Made by a program: the position numbers and the translations under genes. The notes below the pieces were generated by a model that saw only the letters and a list, made by a program, of their open reading frames with translations, searched no databases and was not told the DNA's origin. Below are positions 17,240 to 24,937 of a stretch of 34,682 nucleotides of DNA, one piece after another (position 1 is the stretch's first letter; each line of letters opens with the position of its first letter). Source of the DNA: a virus; the UHGV virus genome UHGV-0105223, one strand, 5' to 3'.

Positions 17240-17572
17240 TTAAACAATAACCTCATAGAACGATGCATATCTGGGAATTGGACTTATTTTAACTCCCTGA
17301 TTAATTGTTTTATGGATGTACTCTTTTTCGTTAATTGCATATCCGATATGCTCTATACTGCCAACACTGACATGTACTGCAACCCCTTTTTTAGGTTTGT
17401 CTACAGTTTTGTGTTTGATATTGCTTCTTACAAAGCTTTCCTCATCTTCAAAAATCGGAATATCAGGTAAAATAATCCCGTGTTCGTTTTTGTAGATATC
17501 TTGCAATAATGTCCAGCAGTCATTTTTAAACTTTTGGTACTTGTCATTTTTGAAATATTTTAAATAATCCAT
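17240..17572 (-). CDS. NlpC/P60 (C40)-like tail assembly protein
   Basis: DCWTLLQDIY...GIILPD, HIG...YIH Cys/His motifs; lambda gpK-like position. Confidence 0.8.
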   Translation of the reverse strand: MDYLKYFKNDKYQKFKNDCWTLLQDIYKNEHGIILPDIPIFEDEESFVRSNIKHKTVDKPKKGVAVHVSVGSIEHIGYAINEKEYIHKTINQGVKISPIPRYASFYEVIV

Positions 17573-17578
17573 AAAACC

Positions 17579-18049
17579 TCACAAAAATAAGTTCGGGAAT
17601 GTTTGGCGGTAGTAATTAATGGTTCCCATATTGATATCTAAGTTATGCCTGATATTTATGGTCGCTGTTATGCTTTCAGGTGTGATTTGTGAGTCAAAGA
17701 CTTCAAAAAGCCCTGCCGGATACTTTTCTGCTGTTTCGGTTTCGATATTTACAATGTACAAATCAAGCTTTATATTCTCGTTTGTGTTTATTGTCTTTCG
17801 TATCTCGTTTGCTGCAAGATTTTGAATATTTGATAAAACAAGCTGTGTTCCCTGTGTTTCCGTCTGAGAAGGCAGGATGATGTCAAAGGGATAAGGCTGG
17901 TATGTTTTGCCGTCAAGCTCCAGTGTTTTTGTGTCGTTGATAAAATAAAACGGCTCATCAAATGCACTGTGCGTTAGTTCAATAAGCATTTTGACCGTAC
18001 GTCCGAGATAACGGGAATATGAGTTTTTGTCCAGTTCAAAACGTGTCAT
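17579..18049 (-). CDS. Minor tail protein (DUF1833 / gpL-like)
   Basis: LIELTHSAF, YQPYPFDIILP, LVLSNI, TFPNLF C-terminus. Confidence 0.75.
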   Translation of the reverse strand: MTRFELDKNSYSRYLGRTVKMLIELTHSAFDEPFYFINDTKTLELDGKTYQPYPFDIILPSQTETQGTQLVLSNIQNLAANEIRKTINTNENIKLDLYIVNIETETAEKYPAGLFEVFDSQITPESITATINIRHNLDINMGTINYYRQTFPNLFL

Positions 18050-18489
18050 AATGAGCGCCTTACGTCTGTAGTTAAATAACCGCCGTTTGCAACAATTGGC
18101 AGCAGATAATTCGCTGCAAGTACCCTATCAAAATAAAATACTTCACTGTCAAATGTCAGAGAGATAGACATTTCATAGTATTTTGAATTGCTCGACCATG
18201 TGGGTTTGCCGACAATGCGGGCTGTTCTTTCCCGCTCGATGCGGCAATCGTAGTATTTAAAAGGGATTGCGCCTTGTCTAATGTTAAACTTATACCAGCT
18301 CATAAAGTCGATATATTGAAGCTTTGAAAGCGTAAATGTCCCTTTAATAATGTCTTGAATATCCGAGAAGCGTTCACGCCTGAATGGAATGCCTGCATCA
18401 GGCGTTACCTCAATATAGCCTTCCTGAAATTCGTTTCTGAATCCGTCAAGCTTGATTTGACCCCATTTCCATTTTTCCATATCTGCCAT
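18046..18489 (-). CDS. Distal/minor tail protein (gpM/Dit-like)
   Basis: Immediately after the tape measure; DAGIPFRRERFS...FMSWY...GAIPF. Confidence 0.7.
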   Translation of the reverse strand: MADMEKWKWGQIKLDGFRNEFQEGYIEVTPDAGIPFRRERFSDIQDIIKGTFTLSKLQYIDFMSWYKFNIRQGAIPFKYYDCRIERERTARIVGKPTWSSNSKYYEMSISLTFDSEVFYFDRVLAANYLLPIVANGGYLTTDVRRSL

Positions 18490-18491
18490 AA

Positions 18492-21158
18492 TTATGAAGC
18501 CTGTACTCCTCTTGACTTGTTACGCTGCAAAGCTGATGAGAACCCGGCTTGAGTTCTTTCGTTTCTCAAGGCATTGTTTACACGTCTTATGAATACATCC
18601 GTTTCGCCGTCCGGTCTTTGAACAGTCTCTATCCTTGAATCTGATTGATTGTAAATATTGACTGTTGCCGGTGCGGTTTGAGCCTGTACACCTAACTGTC
18701 CGTTTGGTGCACGTTTTAAAGGCATAATCGCCTCTGCACCCTTTTCGCCCATAATGCCCGTTCTGTTGCCAGCCATGGGGAACATTGTAGGACTTGAAAC
18801 AACCCCGCCCTGAGCAAAAGGAAGAACACGCCCGTGTGAGAATGCGTTTCCGTTTGCGTTGAAGAGTTTTCCGACAGTATTTCCGAAAAAACCGCCTACG
18901 GCTGAACCTATTGGACCGAAAAAGCTGCCGACAGCACCGCCGATAGTGCCTAATATGCCGGAACCGCCGCCGGAACCGCTACCGTTAAATAAATTCGTCA
19001 ATTTACTGGATAACCAGGCTTGAGCAATCTGTCCGATAACGTTTAGTGCGACATTACCGAGTCTTTCAAAAGCGTTTTCGCCTTGTTGTAATGGTGTTGT
19101 AAGAGCATAAGACAGCTGGCTGGATATAGTACCAGAAATACTTGACCACGTAAGACCCACTGAATTTTGAACCGCTGCATTGGCTTTAGTGATTTCGTTT
19201 TGTGCTTGTTTTAATTGATTTTTAAGAGCATTAAACCCTGCAGAACCGGTTTGGCCGGATATTGCCATATCCTGCAATTGACCTTGCAGGTAATTAACTT
19301 GATTCTGCTTCTGTTGATACGGACTTGTAGTGGCTGCCTGCTGAACGTCATACAGCTTTTTTTGAAGAGTTGTTAATTCCGTTTTAGCTTGTTTTAATTC
19401 ATTAAGATTTACAATCTTTGAGGCCGCAAGGTTGTTTACACGCTCTTGTGCTTTTTGAATTTCTGTATTGAGTGCTTGAAACGGCGGTATAACAGACAGG
19501 TCTGTCGCCTGTTTCATTCGCTCCAGTGCGTTTGAAAGATTGTTAACCTTTGCAACTTGACTATCCCAGACTTTGCCGCTTGTTATGCCCTGAACTGCTA
19601 AATCTTGCAAACGTCTGTATTCTTCATTATATGATTTTTGAAGTTTTTCAGAGATAGTAAGCTGTCGTTTTTGTCTGCCTTTTTTGTCGTCGCCGGAGCT
19701 TAAAACAGTAGCATTAAACCCTGTATTCGCTCCGGATTGACTCAATACACTTTTTTGTGTATTTTTTTCTATCTGCTGTGCTTTTTGTTGTAATCTTGTT
19801 GCCTCATCTAGAAATTGCTGAGCTTTTTTCCTGTAAGAAGCCGCCCAATTTGCGTTACCTCTTTGTTCATAATCTTTTGCAACTTCTTGCAAATGCGCCG
19901 CTTGTTTTCTCAAACCTTCTGCCAGTGCATTGTTAGAATCTGCCGTTTCGTGTCGTAATCCGGCAGTAAAAGCTTTCATTTTGTTTTGAAGATTTAAAAC
20001 AGCTTCGCCTAGACGTATTAACCCCTGCACGGCAGATTTCGCAACAGGCAAGAATAAATCACCTATATTTTTAGCAACCTGCTCCCAAGTATCGCCCATA
20101 GTTGATAACAACCCGTTTAAAGATTGAGATTGCTGTTCCATTAAACCAAAATAGCGTCCGCCCTCACTTGCCGCGTCTTTCATGGCTTGTGCAACCATTT
20201 GGAAGGAAATGCGTCCTTCTTCCATTTCTTTTCGCAGTTCACCCATAGATTTACCGGTTGTTTGTGACATTATCTGCAACGGGTTAAATCCGGCATTGAC
20301 CATCTGCAACAGGTCTTGACCCATTAACTTGCCGTTTGCTCCGACTTGAGCAAAAGCTAAGGATAATTGGTTAAAACGGTTGACTTCACCGCCTGTTATA
20401 TCGCCTAAAAGTTTTAAATCAGGTATTATGTTTCCAGCACTTTCACCGAAAGACAATAGTAATTGTGCAGCTTTAGACAGTTGCTGCGCTGTCATTGGAG
20501 TTTCTGCACCGAGTTTGATAATAGCGTCTGTGAGTTCCTGTCCTGTTTGAGCCGACCCTGTCATTACCCTGAATGAAATTGCTAATTGTTCAAAAGATGC
20601 TGCGGTTTGAAGTGCATACTGACCGTAGTCTTTTAATTTCATAGCGGCAAAACCTGCAGCGGCCGCAACAGTCAATCCTTTTAAAGAACCTAGAGAGCCG
20701 CCTAAACTACCAAGAGCGCCTGACAAGCCTTTACTACCGCTTATTGCTGCATTAACTACATTATTTGCATTCTGCATTTGGGAATTCGCACTTCTCACGA
20801 CAGAAGCAAGATTTTGAAACTCTGCACTGTTTTGTCTGCCCTGAAGTGCAAGATTTCTCAATCTTTCTATTGCAGACCCTGTAACAGAATTAAGCTGATT
20901 AAAACCAATTCCACTTTTTTGTGCGTTTGCTAATTTTTGATATGAGGTAATAGCAGAATTTGCAGCGGCTTGCTGCTCTTTTAATTTAGCTCGAATTTTG
21001 TCATAAATAGGTAAAGTTGCGTTAGATGTTCCGGCAACATTTCTCAAAATACGCTCATATTTTGAGGTATCATTTGTAAGATTTTGAAAATCTCTTGCTA
21101 CCTTTGAAGCATTGCTATCAATATTAATTATTACTCTACCATCGTTATTTGAAGGCAT
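18492..21158 (-). CDS. Tail tape measure protein
   Basis: 888 aa, Ala/Gln/Gly-rich; AETPM...GKLMGQDLLQM domain; C-terminal FAQGGVV...MGEKGAEAIMPL. Confidence 0.95.
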   Translation of the reverse strand: MPSNNDGRVIINIDSNASKVARDFQNLTNDTSKYERILRNVAGTSNATLPIYDKIRAKLKEQQAAANSAITSYQKLANAQKSGIGFNQLNSVTGSAIERLRNLALQGRQNSAEFQNLASVVRSANSQMQNANNVVNAAISGSKGLSGALGSLGGSLGSLKGLTVAAAAGFAAMKLKDYGQYALQTAASFEQLAISFRVMTGSAQTGQELTDAIIKLGAETPMTAQQLSKAAQLLLSFGESAGNIIPDLKLLGDITGGEVNRFNQLSLAFAQVGANGKLMGQDLLQMVNAGFNPLQIMSQTTGKSMGELRKEMEEGRISFQMVAQAMKDAASEGGRYFGLMEQQSQSLNGLLSTMGDTWEQVAKNIGDLFLPVAKSAVQGLIRLGEAVLNLQNKMKAFTAGLRHETADSNNALAEGLRKQAAHLQEVAKDYEQRGNANWAASYRKKAQQFLDEATRLQQKAQQIEKNTQKSVLSQSGANTGFNATVLSSGDDKKGRQKRQLTISEKLQKSYNEEYRRLQDLAVQGITSGKVWDSQVAKVNNLSNALERMKQATDLSVIPPFQALNTEIQKAQERVNNLAASKIVNLNELKQAKTELTTLQKKLYDVQQAATTSPYQQKQNQVNYLQGQLQDMAISGQTGSAGFNALKNQLKQAQNEITKANAAVQNSVGLTWSSISGTISSQLSYALTTPLQQGENAFERLGNVALNVIGQIAQAWLSSKLTNLFNGSGSGGGSGILGTIGGAVGSFFGPIGSAVGGFFGNTVGKLFNANGNAFSHGRVLPFAQGGVVSSPTMFPMAGNRTGIMGEKGAEAIMPLKRAPNGQLGVQAQTAPATVNIYNQSDSRIETVQRPDGETDVFIRRVNNALRNERTQAGFSSALQRNKSRGVQAS

Positions 21159-21435
21159 TAATAATCCCTTTACTTTCCGCTAAATCAACTTCAACTAAAT
21201 ACCTAATTCCTATAGCTATCTCATAGGGTAAATGGTTTATATCAATGAGCCCCGCCCTGTGCCACCGCCAGAGCTCTAATATTTGGAAGAATTCATCATC
21301 GAGATTTGCCCATAAATCCCGTTTTTTGCCTACTGCAATAGGATTTTTGACATCACCTAAGAAGGTGAGCTTGTCACCTTCTCGAGATGTCAGCTTTAAA
21401 TCCCCAGATTTATAAATCTCCCAAGCTATTTTGAC
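21145..21435 (-). CDS. -1 frameshift extension of the tail assembly chaperone (gpGT-like, 96 codons, not in the ORF track)
   Basis: Slippery A AAA AAG at 21441-21435. The -1 frame is open (VKIAWEIYKSG...AESKGIINAFK*), has no ATG start, and overlaps the TMP start. Confidence 0.85.
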   Translation of the reverse strand, partial: VKIAWEIYKSGDLKLTSREGDKLTFLGDVKNPIAVGKKRDLWANLDDEFFQILELWRWHRAGLIDINHLPYEIAIGIRYLVEVDLAESKGIINAFK

Positions 21436-21779
21436 TTTTTTTCAGTCTTTTCCGCCTTTTCCTTAATCCCGAGAATTACGGGCAAGAGCTTTGCACAGCA
21501 TTCGGCGTGGATTTCGTTAATAACGCCGCTTGCACCAAGCCCGATAAATTCCGCATAAGTGTTATATTCAAGGGCTTTTCCGTCTTTCTGCAATGTAGGC
21601 TTGTTTTCAAACCTCAAAAAACAGCGGTTGGCAGTTCTTGATATATCGTTAAAAATCTGAAAGTCGATGACATCGGCTGCGTTCGGTGTTTTGAATATAA
21701 ACTTTGGCGGGTTTTCTTCATTCTTGAATTTTTCGGGTACGACCGTTATTTCTTCAAGGTTTTCGATTTCAATTTGCAT
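21426..21779 (-). CDS. Tail assembly chaperone (gpG-like)
   Basis: Between the major tail and tape measure genes; ends ...EKKSK* over the slippery site. Confidence 0.85.
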   Translation of the reverse strand: MQIEIENLEEITVVPEKFKNEENPPKFIFKTPNAADVIDFQIFNDISRTANRCFLRFENKPTLQKDGKALEYNTYAEFIGLGASGVINEIHAECCAKLLPVILGIKEKAEKTEKKSK

Positions 21780-21862
21780 TTCTTTCTACCATTTCTGCCG
21801 GTTTATGCCGGACTTTACTTATTAATGTCCGGAACTTCGCTTTTTAAAGCTCGTTCCCGTTT

Positions 21863-22519
21863 TTACGCTTCTGCTATTTCCTTTAAAATACAAGGTTTCA
21901 AATCGTCATCAGGTGTGTTTCTGAAATTAGCTGTATAGGTTTGAGCATCGTCAACAGAAGCCCCGATGTTGTAAGAAGTTAGTGCAATCGGCGCAAAGTA
22001 GGACATTACGGTACCGCCGGCGGATTGTTTGTTAAGAACTAATCTCACAATCAATGCGTCGCCGTTGATTTCTGTAACTTCGACAGTTTCGCCTGTCTGC
22101 TCTATAATCGGAATGAATTTTTCCATTAAGTATTCAGAAAGTCCGATTGTAGTAACGCCTTCCAGTGTTCCGGTAGCGTCTGTAAAGCCTGCTCTGTAGC
22201 TTCTTTGAGTATCGCATAAAGTAGTAACATCGATTTCATCTGCTGAATATTCGACAGAAAAACTTGTAATGTCACATTTACGGGTTAAAGTCAACGGAAT
22301 AACATTATCACCTTCTGCAGGGGTGATTTCTGCTGAACCTTTGAATACGTAACCTGCCTGCAATCCCGTAGGAAGCGCAGAGGATGTGGAAGCAACAGCG
22401 GCTACAATGTAATAACCGTCTGTCAAAGCTGTTGAACCGTTACCCTCAATCAAAGTTCCTTTTGTAGCGGCGTAGACTTCGCCGTCTTTACCTACTAATC
22501 TTTTTGTTTGGTCTGCCAT
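21863..22519 (-). CDS. Major tail (tube) protein
   Basis: ITSFSVEYSADEIDVTTL...YRAGFTDATGTLEG tube motif; AAGGAG RBS. Confidence 0.85.
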   Translation of the reverse strand: MADQTKRLVGKDGEVYAATKGTLIEGNGSTALTDGYYIVAAVASTSSALPTGLQAGYVFKGSAEITPAEGDNVIPLTLTRKCDITSFSVEYSADEIDVTTLCDTQRSYRAGFTDATGTLEGVTTIGLSEYLMEKFIPIIEQTGETVEVTEINGDALIVRLVLNKQSAGGTVMSYFAPIALTSYNIGASVDDAQTYTANFRNTPDDDLKPCILKEIAEA

Positions 22520-22536
22520 TTTTAAAATCTCCTTGT

Positions 22537-22926
22537 TTATTTGTAATATTGAATCTGCATCGCTAATATACTTGAATAAAGCCCAATATTAGGGTTTGTC
22601 ATTGTTCGGCTTGAGTTATATTGATTTAAGCCGATTTTATATTCTCCTAGCTGTTTTATTCCTTCGACAAAAGTAAATAACTGTTGATAGATAAAATCCG
22701 CTGTTGATTGTGAGCCTGTATAAATGTTCCACTGCGTAAAGCTTTCGCCGTCTGTGTAGTTATCTTCATTGCAGAGAACCTGCCTTGTGCCGTCCATACC
22801 GAGTGAGTACTGGATTATATAAGGCTCTTTTGTTTTCGGCTCGATTTCCCCGTAGCCAAAAGACAAATTAAAGCCCTCGACTTTGAAGTTTTCTTTTATA
22901 TACTCAAATAAAAGCTGTTCAAACAT
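22537..22926 (-). CDS. Tail completion/terminator protein
   Basis: Position before the major tail gene; EPYIIQY...TQWNIY pattern. Confidence 0.65.
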   Translation of the reverse strand: MFEQLLFEYIKENFKVEGFNLSFGYGEIEPKTKEPYIIQYSLGMDGTRQVLCNEDNYTDGESFTQWNIYTGSQSTADFIYQQLFTFVEGIKQLGEYKIGLNQYNSSRTMTNPNIGLYSSILAMQIQYYK

Positions 22927-23344
22927 TCTTAACTCTGTATTTTTTCAAGTCGTTTTTAAAATTCTTTTGGAATAGTCCGCCCACTTGTTTCTGAACCTTT
23001 AAGGCAGCGTTTCGCATAATCGCAAGCGGTTTTGTTCCGGGGTGATTTACCCGTTTTGTGAATACGTCCTGCCCGTCTGATTTAAAATGCAGGGCTTTTG
23101 CTGCTTTAGGCTCTATTACGTGCGGTTTTGTTCCGTATTCCAAGGCTGCTGAATAGTCTGCATTTGCAATAACCTTATTTTTTCCGTCAAAGCCAATGTT
23201 ATTGCGGTAATAGCCGCTATCAACAGGGGCGGTCTTTTTCGCTTCATCCTCAACTTTGAACCCTGCTTCTTGCAGCGTTTGAGTTGTTGCATTTTTAACA
23301 ACAAGCGAAAAATCAGGTAAATCAAAACTAATCTTTGTCGACAT
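22919..23344 (-). CDS. HK97 gp10-like neck protein
   Basis: AKKTAPVDSGYYRNNI, YSAALEYGT, VNHPGTKP. Confidence 0.88.
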   Translation of the reverse strand: MSTKISFDLPDFSLVVKNATTQTLQEAGFKVEDEAKKTAPVDSGYYRNNIGFDGKNKVIANADYSAALEYGTKPHVIEPKAAKALHFKSDGQDVFTKRVNHPGTKPLAIMRNAALKVQKQVGGLFQKNFKNDLKKYRVKNV

Positions 23345-23504
23345 TTTTAAACTCTTTATTAAAGTAATCCTGTGTTACAATTATTTGATACGGTGTGCCT
23401 TCGCTTGATACCTCACTGTAGACTTCTTCTTTTGTGAATATCCGCCAATTAAATAACTTCCAGTTGGTTAATTTCGTAAAACTTAAATTTTCAGTCTTTG
23501 ACAT
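23328..23504 (-). CDS. Small hypothetical protein (58 aa, not in the ORF track)
   Basis: TGATG coupling to the upstream gene, GAGGGG RBS; MSKTENLSFTKLTNWKLFNWRIF...; fills the gap. Confidence 0.6.
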   Translation of the reverse strand: MSKTENLSFTKLTNWKLFNWRIFTKEEVYSEVSSEGTPYQIIVTQDYFNKEFKNVDKD

Positions 23505-23845
23505 CAAAGCCCCTCTTGAGTGTAAACAAGATTGTATTCAGCGTGCTGCCCTCTTTTTGGTGTTACTCCCGTTATCCCGTCAGGCTTTACGGGTGCACCT
23601 GCAATCTTGTAACGTATTCCTTTAAATTCCAGTATGTCTTTTTCTTCAAACACAACGGAAATATCACAGAATAACAAAGCGTCTACATTTGTTGTGTCTT
23701 TGCCGTTGTTGTAGACCTTTGAACCTGTAGAAGGCTGTATAAGACCTTTAAAAATCCCTTTTGTAACCCATTCGCCGGGATTAGAAAAATAAGGCTCTTT
23801 GTATTCAAGAATTTTTATTGTTTTGTAGCGTGATTTTAAAGACAT
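23504..23845 (-). CDS. Head closure / head-tail joining protein (SPP1 gp16-like)
   Basis: FKGLIQP, LFCD...D.L...G.RYKI, HAEYNL pattern; position. Confidence 0.7.
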   Translation of the reverse strand: MSLKSRYKTIKILEYKEPYFSNPGEWVTKGIFKGLIQPSTGSKVYNNGKDTTNVDALLFCDISVVFEEKDILEFKGIRYKIAGAPVKPDGITGVTPKRGQHAEYNLVYTQEGL

Positions 23846-24562
23846 TTAAGTAAATCTCACTCTTTTAAAACTTTCCAACCCTGAAACAATTTCAGAGGGA
23901 TAAGCCATTGAACCGATTAAGTAATCGGCTTTTGTATAGCTGTAATTTCCGATATGTTCGCTCTGCAAGTCTGTCGGGGCTTCACGGTCAAACACATCAT
24001 AAGAAATCATTTTTGAAATGATGTTTTGAACGGATTGCGGAAGTCCTGTCACAAATACCATTGCAGGCTCTGTAGTGTTCACCATAATTGGATTATCGAC
24101 AGTTACCGAGGAATCCTCGGTAGTTGAAACATAACTAAAAAAGCGGTTACGCTGACCGTAGACGAATATTAAATCACCTGCATTTATATTGCTTACTGGT
24201 GATATTTTACCGTTATCAAAGGTCAATGAACCGCTTGTATAGATATAATTGTAATCATAGGGAAAATCCTGCAAAGTGTTACAATCCCAATACATCGGAA
24301 AACTTGCAGCAAGATTTTTTACAAAGAACATATTGTTAAGGTAGCTGCAAACGTTTTCAATCGTTGGATAGATAGAATTGTTGATTAAATAATCCTGTGA
24401 TTGTTCAATACGTGCTGCTACACCTTCAACAACTTCATAAGAATAGCCTTTTACATAATCGCCGTTTGTTTCGGTACAAAGCCAAGTACCGGAACCTGTC
24501 GGAACTTCGGCTTGTAGGAAGTCATAGTCGTTATTTAATTTTACGCTTAATAAATCAATCAT
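23846..24562 (-). CDS. Head-tail connector/adaptor protein (gp15-like) with inserted domains
   Basis: VCSYLNNMF, LPQSVQ, LQSEHIGNYSYT, YPSEIVSGLESFKR. Confidence 0.7.
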   Translation of the reverse strand: MIDLLSVKLNNDYDFLQAEVPTGSGTWLCTETNGDYVKGYSYEVVEGVAARIEQSQDYLINNSIYPTIENVCSYLNNMFFVKNLAASFPMYWDCNTLQDFPYDYNYIYTSGSLTFDNGKISPVSNINAGDLIFVYGQRNRFFSYVSTTEDSSVTVDNPIMVNTTEPAMVFVTGLPQSVQNIISKMISYDVFDREAPTDLQSEHIGNYSYTKADYLIGSMAYPSEIVSGLESFKRVRFT

Positions 24563-24603
24563 CAGAACGGTCTCATTCCTACTAATTTTGTTGTATTAAA
24601 GTT
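24562..24603 (-). repeat. Diverged duplicate (36/42 nt) of the TerL 3' end at 24938-24979
   Basis: Encodes NFNTTKLVGMRPF* versus NFNTTKVIGMRPF* in TerL; its TGA overlaps the adaptor ATG. Confidence 0.9.
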
Positions 24604-24614
24604 AAGTCAATCAT

Positions 24615-24917
24615 TTAAAACATTTCTTTATTTTTTAATTTTTCAAATTCTTCTTTATTGTCGGCTATTACTATATTCGGACAGCCAAAATGCATAACCT
24701 CATCATTACAATCAGCGAATAAATAGTATAAAGCCGCGTAAAAGTTATCGTATGTTACGTTTAAATCATTCTCTATAATCATTTTGTATTTGATTGAATA
24801 ATCATTGTTGTAAAGTTTCAGTTTATCGAATAAACCTTCAAACCATTGTATCTGTTCTACTGTTGCCAGCTCGGATAATTTATAAAATTTCTTTTCTCGT
24901 TTTTTGTAATTCACCAT
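24615..24917 (-). CDS. Hypothetical protein, inserted AT-rich gene
   Basis: 100-aa ORF between the two TerL 3'-end copies. Confidence 0.7.
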   Translation of the reverse strand: MVNYKKREKKFYKLSELATVEQIQWFEGLFDKLKLYNNDYSIKYKMIIENDLNVTYDNFYAALYYLFADCNDEVMHFGCPNIVIADNKEEFEKLKNKEMF

Positions 24918-24937
24918 TTTTTAAAAATTCCGTTAAA

